Shown: in pieces, positions 1-8,325 of the stretch
Layout of the letters: each line of letters starts with the position of its first letter
Numbering within the stretch: position 1 is the stretch's first letter
NCBI GenBank assembly: GCA_030674455.1
Contig: JAUSGQ010000020.1
Span: 13,461-77,460, forward strand
Length of the DNA stretch: 64,000 bases
Direction of reading: 5' to 3'
Origin: a bacterium
GTDB taxonomy: Bacteria; Patescibacteriota; Minisyncoccia; Phycocordibacterales; UBA2100
Translations under genes and position numbers: made by a program
Notes under the pieces: model-generated
What the model saw: only the letters and a program-made list of their open reading frames with translations
Told to the model about the DNA's origin: nothing
Database searches by the model: none

Positions 1-276
1 GGCAAGCTCACCGATGGAACCGTATTTGACAGTTCTGCCGCCCAGGGGAAACCGCTCGTCTTTACTCTCGGCTCGGAAGGAATCATCCCCGGATTTCAAG
101 TCGGCGTTAACGGCATGAAAGTTGGCGGGGAACGCCTTCTCGCGGTTCCGCCGTCTCTCGCATACGGAGCAGAGCAAGTTGGAACGATTCCACCTAATTC
201 CACGCTTATCTTCAACGTCAAGCTCATAAAAGTCGAGGAGCCGGCACCTGCGGCAGAAACAGCTCCCGCAAATTAA
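1..276 (+). CDS. FKBP-type peptidyl-prolyl isomerase (5' truncated by window)
   Basis: Frame 1 reads GKLTDGTVFDSS...IIPGFQVGVNGMKVGGERLLAVPPSLAYG...IPPNSTLIFNVKL, classic FKBP motifs; TAA at 274-276. Confidence 0.93.
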   Translation, partial: GKLTDGTVFDSSAAQGKPLVFTLGSEGIIPGFQVGVNGMKVGGERLLAVPPSLAYGAEQVGTIPPNSTLIFNVKLIKVEEPAPAAETAPAN

Positions 277-337
277 GAAGCGGATAATAGTGTTCGGCAA
301 GGTCGTGAGTTGCCGACGAAGTTGGTGTATGGGCTTG

Positions 338-468
338 CCCGGTTAGTACAATGTGGCGTCGTTTCCGTCGCTGTTCAACTCGATTTTGTTGACTTCCTCT
401 CGTCTACAATTTGGCTGATTTTTGTTCAAGAAACTACACCCAAGACTACGCCACATTGTCCTACCGGG
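338..468. mobile_element. MITE-like CCCGG element, copy E1 (131 bp)
   Basis: CCCGGTTAGTACAATGTGGC...GCCACATTGTCCTACCGGG flanked by CTTG/CTTG direct repeat. Confidence 0.8.
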
Positions 469-639
469 CTTGCGTGCAATATGAAAACGAGTAAGCTTCG
501 GCCATGCCCAGACACTAATACTGCCGTCGCCTCTATGAACACATTTTATTGCATTAGACAACATTTCTCTTTCATCAAAAAACTCCAGTGGTCGCTGGAT
601 TTGTCTCGGCAGGAATTACGGCAGTATTAGTGTACGGGT

Positions 640-804
640 ATGCCTCATTACCCATGGATTTTCATCACAATCCTCACCGTTTGGGTATGCCTTACCTTTA
701 TCCTCGCGGGAGCTAGCGATAGGATAGACGTCACATTTGTCTTTCTTTTGGGCGCTGTTTTCACGACTATCATAGCCGTAAAGGGATTGCGTCCCGATGT
801 TTGA
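640..804 (+). CDS. Small 2-TM membrane protein (54 aa), paralog of 2505..2663
   Basis: Hand translation MPHYPWIFITILTVWVCLTFILAGASDRIDVTFVFLLGAVFTTIIAVKGLRPDV; below ORF-track cutoff. Confidence 0.7.
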   Translation: MPHYPWIFITILTVWVCLTFILAGASDRIDVTFVFLLGAVFTTIIAVKGLRPDV

Positions 805-815
805 TTATTTCCAGC

Positions 816-2402
816 ATGGAAATGATGCTTCGTTTTCCCAATCGAATCTTTTCCGTCTTTTTTGTAATTTGTAAGTGGAGTGCTAGACGCCACGCTTTGG
901 TGCATGGTGAATTGCGGCAGCTTGATGGCCCCTACCGGACCCTTCTCATTTTAGAGGAGCTCGGCGGAGTTTATCTAAAATTCGGCCAGATTCTCGCGAT
1001 GCGCATCGACCTTATTCCGGCGCGATATGCGGCGGTTTTGATGAATTTATTTTCGAACGTAGCTCCGCAGCCGAACCATTTATTCTTCAAAGCATTTGAA
1101 CGGGCAACGGGAAAGAAGCCGGACGAAGTTTTTGAAACGATAGACAGGGACCCCATCGGCATCGCATCTTTCGCGCAAGTTTACAAAGGCTTCATAGAGG
1201 GAAAGCCGGTCGCAATCAAAATTCAAAAACCGGATGCGGGTCTAGTGATTAAGGAGGATTTGCTGGTCCTTCGTTTTATTATCGAAGCTCTAAAAAAGTT
1301 CGGTTTTCTAGGTACCGTTTCCACCTCCCAACTCGTCGGGCAATTCACCGTATGGCTTCGGCAAGAGCTGGACTACCGCATCGAAGCGGCAAATCTTAAA
1401 GACATGTCAGAACAAATAAAAAAACACGGTTTGGAAAACCGCGTGCGAATACCAGGTCTTTACTCTCAATTTGTTACAAAAACCACGCTTGTCGAAGAAT
1501 TTTTCGATGGAGCAAGCGTCGATGATGTCATCAGGGGCCGCGTGCGCATATCTCCCGCCAAGCGCCTTAAAGCGGCAAAAGCATTTCAGCGAGACTTAAT
1601 GCGCCAGTCATGGGTCGACGGATTTTTCCACGCGGACCCGCACCCCGGAAACCTAATGATATTTGACGATGGGCGCATTGGATACATTGATTTCGGGATT
1701 ATGGGGCGCGCCTCGACCGCGCCTGTTCATTTTCTCCGCTTCGTCGAGGGAGCAGTAAACCGCGACGCCGCGTATTCTACAAAAAGTTTAATGCAATACG
1801 CTCACACGCGCATTAAGAACGAGGGAAGAGAATTATTTGAGAGAGAACCAAAATACCGAAATGCCGCTGACCTTGTCTTAAACTTCATCACACAAAAACT
1901 TTCGGAAAATCTTGTGCCGTTAATGGATGAATGGCATGAGCAGACGGGAAATCCCAATCTAAGCCTTTTCGAACGCAGCTCTTCCGTCGCTTTTTATAAA
2001 ATGATTAAAGAGGCGTCGAAACTCGGTGTTAAATTTCCGACAGATTCTATAGCGTTCGTGCGCGCTCTCCTCATTATCGACATGGTCTGCCTAAATCTCA
2101 GCCCGAAATTCAACATGATAGAGTCCGCAAAAGGATTCTTTGAAGAATTTCCCATGGAGCGCGTGGAGAGGGAGAATCCACTGTTCGCTCTAGAGCGTAA
2201 ATCCGCTCACATGACGCCGACATTCTCGCCGCATCTATTGGCCAACTCGGTCGGCAGACAATGGGACATTGAATACCAGGCGCACCGAAAAGGAATGGCC
2301 GCGCACCGCTACGAGAACAACAAACACCGGCTCATACGCCAGGTAGGCGCGCTTGCCGAGAAGTATCCGGAATTGTATACTACGTTGCGAGAGGTTTTAT
2401 GA
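816..2402 (+). CDS. ABC1/UbiB/AarF-family atypical kinase
   Basis: LGGVYLKFGQ, ASFAQVY, VAIKIQKP, ELDYRIEA, GFFHADPHPGN, YIDFG motifs; start uncertain (801-825). Confidence 0.9.
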   Translation: MEMMLRFPNRIFSVFFVICKWSARRHALVHGELRQLDGPYRTLLILEELGGVYLKFGQILAMRIDLIPARYAAVLMNLFSNVAPQPNHLFFKAFERATGKKPDEVFETIDRDPIGIASFAQVYKGFIEGKPVAIKIQKPDAGLVIKEDLLVLRFIIEALKKFGFLGTVSTSQLVGQFTVWLRQELDYRIEAANLKDMSEQIKKHGLENRVRIPGLYSQFVTKTTLVEEFFDGASVDDVIRGRVRISPAKRLKAAKAFQRDLMRQSWVDGFFHADPHPGNLMIFDDGRIGYIDFGIMGRASTAPVHFLRFVEGAVNRDAAYSTKSLMQYAHTRIKNEGRELFEREPKYRNAADLVLNFITQKLSENLVPLMDEWHEQTGNPNLSLFERSSSVAFYKMIKEASKLGVKFPTDSIAFVRALLIIDMVCLNLSPKFNMIESAKGFFEEFPMERVERENPLFALERKSAHMTPTFSPHLLANSVGRQWDIEYQAHRKGMAAHRYENNKHRLIRQVGALAEKYPELYTTLREVL

Positions 2403-2504
2403 AAGGCTTTAAGCCTTTGCTGTCTGCGCCGCTCGGATGTAAATGCGCAAGCACATTTACATCTCTCGCTATCCTCGACAGATAAGCACCTCTCCTATTA
2501 TCAT

Positions 2505-2663
2505 ATGAAGTATCCATGGGTCGCTTTTACAATCGTCCTTTTGTGGATTGAGGCGACGTATACGATCCTCTCAAACCAAGCGAGCAACGCATTTATTATC
2601 ATTGTTGCAACGGTCGTTTGCACCTCGATACTCGTGCTTTTTGGTTTTCGTTCGGCAACGTAG
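2505..2663 (+). CDS. Small 2-TM membrane protein (52 aa), paralog of 640..804
   Basis: Hand translation MKYPWVAFTIVLLWIEATYTILSNQASNAFIIIVATVVCTSILVLFGFRSAT. Confidence 0.7.
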   Translation: MKYPWVAFTIVLLWIEATYTILSNQASNAFIIIVATVVCTSILVLFGFRSAT

Positions 2664-2760
2664 CCGCGGGTTTCGGCCTGCGGATGATTGCCGGCAAAGC
2701 CGGCTTCATGTTCCTTTTACCCATAAGAGATTAATTTAATAACTGTAACTATTTATTTAT

Positions 2761-3339
2761 ATGAGCATCGTCAAACATCCGGAACAGCGCGTAGGCGTTT
2801 TTATTGATACGCAGAATCTATATCACAGCGCGAAAAACATTTATCATGCGCGCGTGAATTTTGGGAATGTGTTAAAAGATTCGGTCGCCGGCCGCCACCT
2901 CATCCGCGCGCGCGCCTACGTAGTCACCACCGAATCAGGGGAAGAGAAGGGTTTCTTTGAGGCGCTGGAAAAAATCGGCATCGAAACGAGAACCAAGGAT
3001 CTGCAAATATTTTTCGGGGGAGCAAAAAAAGCCGACTGGGACGTGGGGCTCGCAGTCGACGCGATTACCGCCGCTCCGAGCTTGGACACGGTCATCCTTT
3101 TTACCGGCGACGGCGACTTTATCCCCCTCGTCGAATACTTAAAGGTACACGACGGATGCCAGGTGGAGGTGGTTTCGTTCGGAAAAAGCACGTCCGGCCG
3201 TCTGAAAGAATCTGCAGACCACTTTTTGGACCTTGATATCGACCCGCGCCGCTACCTGTTGAACTATCGGCCTTCAAACTCTCGCCGCGCAAGCGAGAGG
3301 GATGTCAGTGTTACTTCTGACGAAGATTCTATAGCTTAA
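2761..3339 (+). CDS. NYN-domain (LabA/DUF88) protein
   Basis: VFIDTQNLY, KADWDVGLAVDA, LFTGDGDFIPLVE motifs. Confidence 0.9.
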   Translation: MSIVKHPEQRVGVFIDTQNLYHSAKNIYHARVNFGNVLKDSVAGRHLIRARAYVVTTESGEEKGFFEALEKIGIETRTKDLQIFFGGAKKADWDVGLAVDAITAAPSLDTVILFTGDGDFIPLVEYLKVHDGCQVEVVSFGKSTSGRLKESADHFLDLDIDPRRYLLNYRPSNSRRASERDVSVTSDEDSIA

Positions 3340-3384
3340 AACTAGTTCGTAGTCTGTAGTGCGTAGAAAGTAGTAGAACTCAAA

Positions 3385-3606
3385 CTACTTATCTATGCGG
3401 TAAATGAATGCGAGTGCCGTAATTTGTCCGAGTACGAGGAAAGTGAGCGCTTCCAATTCAAACCCGCCGAGGAACGAATAGTTCTGATTGATGAACCAGC
3501 GCACATACGCCTGCGCGGCGATGAATCCTATAAAGAGAACGGATGAAACAACGAAGGTTATAATCGATAGCCAATACACTACGCTCTGCCGGGTTTCCGC
3601 TGTCAT
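3385..3606 (-). CDS. Small membrane protein (2 TM)
   Basis: 73 aa hydrophobic ORF; start codon abuts element E2. Confidence 0.6.
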   Translation of the reverse strand: MTAETRQSVVYWLSIITFVVSSVLFIGFIAAQAYVRWFINQNYSFLGGFELEALTFLVLGQITALAFIYRIDK

Positions 3607-3607
3607 A

Positions 3608-3738
3608 CCCGGTCAGTACAATGTGGCATGGTTTCTGTCGCAGTTCATGCTCACATTATTATTTTTTCCCGACATATACATTTGATTGTTTTTGTTGAAG
3701 AAGCCACAACCAAGACAATGCCACATTGTCCTACCGGG
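3608..3738. mobile_element. MITE-like CCCGG element, copy E2 (131 bp)
   Basis: CCCGGTCAGTACAATGTGGC...GCCACATTGTCCTACCGGG, flanks CATA/CATG. Confidence 0.8.
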
Positions 3739-3766
3739 CATGTTGTTATGGTAGCACGCTTTTGGA

Positions 3767-4756
3767 CTAGATTTTGAGATTGGTCTGTGCGCGGCGGGAA
3801 GAGATATAGGCGAACACAATGAATACAAGGCCGATGAGTCCGGTAATAATTTCAGGAACGTGAACAAAAATCCCCGCGAGCATGGAAAGTGCGAGGCCAA
3901 AAATCGCATAGTGCGCGCCATGCTCGAGGTAGGGGAGATTTTCCAGCGTCCGAGCCCGCACGAGTCCAACGGTAAATGCCCGCACGAATATTGCGCCGAT
4001 TCCGAGACCCGCGATGATGACTGGAAGATTGGAGGTAATCGCGAACGCGCCAACAACGCCGTCGAGAGAAAACGCGGAATCAAGGACGTTCAAGTACACA
4101 AAGAGTGCTGCCCCTCCCGCGACAGCCCCCGCGCTTGTTTCCGTTTGGAATGATTGCGCCACCCCTTCTATCACTATAAAAAGCACGGCGCCTATGAGGC
4201 CTGCGACAAGAATGGTCGCGGCTTCCGCCGGCAACAGGGCGGCGCAGATAAGTAGCGTCACAAGAACAATGGCGATTTCTATCGCCTCGATGCCGCCCCA
4301 GCGTGACATGTGCATTTCAATCGCTTCTATCCAATGCACTGTTTTCCTATCATTAAAAAAATATTTGAGCGAGACCAGGAGTAGGAACACGCTTCCGAAC
4401 GACGCGATTGCGACATGTGCATTCTCAAGTTGCTCGCCATACGAAACCGGGTCAAAAAATGCAAGGAGCGCCACTGCGATGGGAGAGAGGCCGGCGGCAG
4501 CCGCGACAATGAGTATCGGGAGGACGAAGCGAGTGCCAAAAACCGCGACCGGAATACCCCAGACAAGAAATCGCTTCTGCCAGATAGCGTCCATCCGCGC
4601 GAGCACTTTCGCGTTCACCACGGCGTTATCAAAGGAAAGCGTTGTTTCCAAAATCGCCAAAAGCGCAACAAGAAGTAAAGCGCTTAAACCGCCCCATATA
4701 TAAGCGGCAACAAGCACGATTGCGGAAAGAACCGCAGGAAAAACGAGGACTTTCAT
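3767..4756 (-). CDS. DUF475 / TerC-like integral membrane protein
   Basis: LETTLSFDNAVVNA, LDSAFSLDGVVGAFAIT, YLEHGAHYAI motifs; start taken at MKVLVF. Confidence 0.88.
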   Translation of the reverse strand: MKVLVFPAVLSAIVLVAAYIWGGLSALLLVALLAILETTLSFDNAVVNAKVLARMDAIWQKRFLVWGIPVAVFGTRFVLPILIVAAAAGLSPIAVALLAFFDPVSYGEQLENAHVAIASFGSVFLLLVSLKYFFNDRKTVHWIEAIEMHMSRWGGIEAIEIAIVLVTLLICAALLPAEAATILVAGLIGAVLFIVIEGVAQSFQTETSAGAVAGGAALFVYLNVLDSAFSLDGVVGAFAITSNLPVIIAGLGIGAIFVRAFTVGLVRARTLENLPYLEHGAHYAIFGLALSMLAGIFVHVPEIITGLIGLVFIVFAYISSRRAQTNLKI

Positions 4757-4866
4757 AGGAATGCCATCATGGTAGCACAAAGCATGTTAGTTTTGAGTTG
4801 ACGCACCTATCCAGTACATTTGTCTTGTCTTGTTATAATCCAGATACCTATATACACTTTTGAAAT

Positions 4867-5349
4867 ATGCTTGATGTACCGAACAATACACGCAATCATG
4901 AAAGCCAGGAAGTGGCCTTGCCGGCTCTTACATCAGAACAAAAAGCTGAGAGAAATGCACGATTAAGATCAGTCGTAGGGGCAATTGATGATTTGACAAG
5001 AACATTGAGAATTCAGATACCAGATCCGGGTTTTCCTAAGATAGATGACCTTAAATTTGACGACAACCTGCAAGCGGCACAAATTAGAGCAGAGCTGACG
5101 ATTACCGGTCATCATAGATATGAAGACTTTCGGACAGGCCTTGCAAGAGACCCGGACATGAAAGCGCTTATTGGTGCATACAAAGTAGCCAATCGTCCAG
5201 AACACAGAAGAGTTATCGGCGAGAAGATACTAGTCTTGACGAACAAGAAAATTGAGGAAGCGAGGTTGCGTGGGGCACCATTTGAGGCCGCTACAACCGA
5301 CCCACTCACCGTAGATGACGTAAGGCGAATTATGAGAATTCATTTTTGA
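4867..5349 (+). CDS. Hypothetical protein
   Basis: 160 aa ORF filling the gap, TATAAT upstream; no motif recognised. Confidence 0.6.
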   Translation: MLDVPNNTRNHESQEVALPALTSEQKAERNARLRSVVGAIDDLTRTLRIQIPDPGFPKIDDLKFDDNLQAAQIRAELTITGHHRYEDFRTGLARDPDMKALIGAYKVANRPEHRRVIGEKILVLTNKKIEEARLRGAPFEAATTDPLTVDDVRRIMRIHF

Positions 5350-5362
5350 GCTATATGTACAT

Positions 5363-5390
5363 TTGACGACTCTGCCAAACCCGTTATAAT
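5363..5390 (+). promoter_or_regulatory. Sigma70-type promoter of TA operon
   Basis: TTGACG-16 bp-TATAAT. Confidence 0.6.
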
Positions 5391-5417
5391 TGTGTTCTAA
5401 CAGGATAAGATATCGCT

Positions 5418-5657
5418 ATGTCCCAAAAAGTAATCGTCATTGGAAACTCGCTAGCTGTCACCATTCCCAAGGAAACCGCCAGGGAACTGCGCATCGAAGC
5501 GGGAGACCGCGTGGAAATTCGCGTTGATTCGCGCCGCAAGACTGTTTCGTTTCGTCCTGTGGAAAAAGCATCGCAGTCCGAGCAAAAAATCGCAAAGATG
5601 ACGGCGAATTTCATGCGCCGATACGACAATGACCTGCGCGAACTCGCTGGCAAGTAG
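5418..5657 (+). CDS. AbrB/MazE/SpoVT-family antitoxin
   Basis: KVIVIGNSLAVTIPKE...LRIEAGDRVEI; precedes Doc toxin. Confidence 0.88.
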   Translation: MSQKVIVIGNSLAVTIPKETARELRIEAGDRVEIRVDSRRKTVSFRPVEKASQSEQKIAKMTANFMRRYDNDLRELAGK

Positions 5658-5665
5658 CATGTAGC

Positions 5666-6055
5666 ATGCGCTACCTCACTTCGTCTCAAATACTCCTCAT
5701 CCATTCCATGCTCATTGATGAGTACGGAGGTTCTCATGGGGTGCGCGATAGAAACCTGCTCGCGAGCCTTAGGCAATTGCCCGCGCAGACAGCATTTGGA
5801 AAGAATCTGTATCCAACGCTTTTTCTTAAATCCGCTTTGTACGTGCGCAATATCATAACGAGCCACCCGTTCCTTGATGGCAATAAGCGGAATGGTATCA
5901 CATGCGCCGCGATTTTTCTTGAAAATAACGGATACGTTTTTGACGCGAAAGTGGGGGAGCTTGAGAAGTACGCTGTCCTCATCGCCCGCGAGAAACCCGA
6001 ACTTGAAGAAATCGCCGAGTGGCTTAAAAAACACTCCAAACGCAACCGCCCTTGA
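5666..6055 (+). CDS. doc: Death-on-curing (Doc/Fic) toxin
   Basis: HPFLDGNKR motif (Doc-type Lys), GVRD N-terminal motif. Confidence 0.88.
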   Translation: MRYLTSSQILLIHSMLIDEYGGSHGVRDRNLLASLRQLPAQTAFGKNLYPTLFLKSALYVRNIITSHPFLDGNKRNGITCAAIFLENNGYVFDAKVGELEKYAVLIAREKPELEEIAEWLKKHSKRNRP

Positions 6056-6138
6056 GGTTTAACCTCAAAGATATAACCTCAAAGATAGGGTTTATACACA
6101 AGGTAATTTATCTATCTCCGAAAGTTTAATCTTCGGAG
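6052..6138. repeat. REP-like palindrome doublet (TTGAGGTTTAACCTCAA + CTCCGAAAGTTTAATCTTCGGAG)
   Basis: Two palindromes at 6052-6068 and 6116-6138; same pair recurs at 6767-6869 and 7472-7538. Confidence 0.75.
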
Positions 6139-6711
6139 GTTAGTGGCTTTAAGTATGAGTTCAACGGCCTCTGCCAGATCGCTCGCAGTTTCATCTGGAC
6201 GATATGATTCTATCCAAGAATCAAGGTCTCGCTTTCCGTAGCCTGTCATCACCAATATTGTCCGACATCCGGCCCGCGCCCTCGCGCCGATGTCAATCGC
6301 CTTGTCGCCGATGAGTACGCAATTTTCTAGATCAAGATTGAGATCGCGGGCGGCGCGCTCTAGAAGTCCGGGGAGGGGCTTACGGCAATCGCATTGTCTC
6401 GTGTAATCGCCCTCGCCTGCCGTTGGATGGTGCGGACAGTAGTAAAAGTGATCTATCGAGGCACCAAAGTCTTTGAGTATTTCCGAGAACTGCTTGTGAA
6501 AAGAATCAACGTAATCTTGCATATAGTATCCGCGTGCAATACCCGACTGGTTTGAGACGATAATGACAGGGATGGAAAGTTCATTGACGCGCCGAAGCGC
6601 CGCGGCTGCGCCAGGAAGCAGCCGTATGTATTGAGGGCGATGTTCATAACCGTGTTCCTCGTTGATGACGCCGTCACGATCTAGAAACACCGCTTCAAGC
6701 GTTTTTGGCAT
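6112..6711 (-). CDS. gmhB: D-glycero-D-manno-heptose-1,7-bisphosphate phosphatase (HAD IIIA)
   Basis: FLDRDGVIN, SNQSGIARG, CPHHP, CDCRKP, IGD motifs; start at MPKTLE. Confidence 0.85.
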   Translation of the reverse strand: MPKTLEAVFLDRDGVINEEHGYEHRPQYIRLLPGAAAALRRVNELSIPVIIVSNQSGIARGYYMQDYVDSFHKQFSEILKDFGASIDHFYYCPHHPTAGEGDYTRQCDCRKPLPGLLERAARDLNLDLENCVLIGDKAIDIGARARAGCRTILVMTGYGKRDLDSWIESYRPDETASDLAEAVELILKATNLRRLNFRR

Positions 6712-6766
6712 AGGGCTTTTGACGCAGTGTACCTTTGCCTGCAACGGGCTGCAATCGATGTAATCT

Positions 6767-6869
6767 TTGAGGTTAAACCTCAATAGGAACAAGCAATATT
6801 TCACGAGCTGAAGAAATGCTTGGGGTACATCTGTCGCTAGCTACCTCCGAAGGTTAAGCCTTCGGAGGT
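6767..6869. repeat. REP-like palindrome doublet
   Basis: TTGAGGTTAAACCTCAA (6767-6783) and ACCTCCGAAGGTTAAGCCTTCGGAGGT (6843-6869). Confidence 0.75.
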
Positions 6870-6981
6870 TTTAGTTTATTGCGAATGCTATACTTAAATT
6901 CATGAACTGACTTGCAGAAATAAGTGGTGAGCCACTCGGAATCGAGTGATGTCGAACCATTATAAATAATCTCTAAACCAT

Positions 6982-7473
6982 ATGAATGTCAAAACATTTT
7001 ATTTTTATCTGAATGTCGTGTTATTTGCTATATGTTCAATTGTTTTTATCTTTATTTTCGGTAGAGGAATTCTAGTTATTATTGATGATTTTTCGCTATT
7101 ATATAGTCCGAATTATACTACTTCACAAGTTCTTACGTCTTTTTTGAAAATTCTAATCCATCTTCCAATCTCATTATTACTCACATTATACTTTGGAAAT
7201 AATATTTTAAAATCTCTCAAAAATAATGATTACTTAAGGAAGAAAAAATTTAAATTTGTTTTGCCCATTGTTGCATTTATACTTACAATCATAGGAATTT
7301 TGCTTCTGATTGGATATGGAATGATCTTAATTCAATCAGATCCCTCGATTACTGAAGTCGGTGAAGGTGTGGGGTTTGGTATTGTATTTTTATTTGTTGG
7401 AGGTTTGATAACTTCAACAGCATTTGGAATCATAGGATTTTTTATTGATAAACATTATATGAATCAAAACTAA
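6982..7473 (+). CDS. AT-rich 4-TM membrane protein
   Basis: 163 aa hydrophobic ORF, visibly AT-rich versus flanks. Confidence 0.75.
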   Translation: MNVKTFYFYLNVVLFAICSIVFIFIFGRGILVIIDDFSLLYSPNYTTSQVLTSFLKILIHLPISLLLTLYFGNNILKSLKNNDYLRKKKFKFVLPIVAFILTIIGILLLIGYGMILIQSDPSITEVGEGVGFGIVFLFVGGLITSTAFGIIGFFIDKHYMNQN

Positions 7474-7538
7474 CCTCCGAAGGTTTAACCTTCGGAGGTT
7501 GACTTCCTCTATAATCATCTTTGAAGTTTTAACCTCAA
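7472..7538. repeat. REP-like palindrome doublet
   Basis: AACCTCCGAAGGTTTAACCTTCGGAGGTT (7472-7500) and TTGAAGTTTTAACCTCAA (7521-7538). Confidence 0.75.
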
Positions 7539-7575
7539 GAAATAGAGTAATCTTGAGACTAAATCACATCGCCCT

Positions 7576-8034
7576 GTGTTAGAATTTAATCCAATGAGTA
7601 ACGAAACAGACCACAAAAAGATGGATCCAGTTTGGTTTTGGTGGGCTATTTTTACTGTAATTTATATTGCCTTTAATTTAAAGGGATTTCCTGTTAATTA
7701 CTTAAATCTTGGAGATTATCCAAATGGGTTGCCGTTAATGTCCTATATTGCTGCTTTTTTCGGTCTTTTTGCTCCATATGGAACTCTCTCATTTATTTCT
7801 CTCGTTACTAATCCATTATCTTGGGTTTCGTTCGTAATATTCTTTTTATTTATGAAATATATAAGTACATACATTAAAAAACATAGGTTCTCTAAATATC
7901 AAATTTTCTTTATCTGTTTATTGAGTCTTCTTTTAATTACAATCGTGGTTGATATAATTCGAGGCACACCTTTTGCGTCGTGGAATATCTTGTTTACAGG
8001 ACATTTACCACAACTTCCTAGTTATAGCTGGTAA
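7576..8034 (+). CDS. AT-rich membrane protein
   Basis: Hydrophobic ORF, AT-rich; true start may be ATG at 7594. Confidence 0.7.
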   Translation: MLEFNPMSNETDHKKMDPVWFWWAIFTVIYIAFNLKGFPVNYLNLGDYPNGLPLMSYIAAFFGLFAPYGTLSFISLVTNPLSWVSFVIFFLFMKYISTYIKKHRFSKYQIFFICLLSLLLITIVVDIIRGTPFASWNILFTGHLPQLPSYSW

Positions 8035-8160
8035 ATTGACCCGGAGATAACGGTGCCGGCCACCCTAATGTGCCAAATCCCAGAAGTGGGTAACTGGCCT
8101 TATCAAAAGACTTTGCTAAACTGCCTTTTTTTGATATAGTTCGGTCATTAGTAAATAGCC

Positions 8161-8318
8161 GTGGTGTTTGGATAGGCCGAGTTAGTATTAAGCTGAAACC
8201 CCGAAGTAGAGTCCTCAATTTTTGATTACGTTGTCTGAGTTATCGGAGAACACAATCAGGAATTGAGCGCACCCCGAGGAGAAGGCTGGACTCACTACGG
8301 GGCAGGTCCGAACATCAC
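8161..8318 (+). promoter_or_regulatory. Long nested stem-loop in pnp 5' leader
   Basis: 8161-8172 pairs with 8307-8318; 8199-8214 with 8288-8302; 8214-8227 with 8254-8267; -10 TATAGT at 8135. Confidence 0.65.
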
Positions 8319-8325
8319 CAAAGAA

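Noticed and set aside
7466-7505. attC site after the AT-rich gene (TAAC...GTT ends)
   Set aside because: Only about 37 bp and near-perfectly palindromic, shorter than known attC sites and lacking L boxes.
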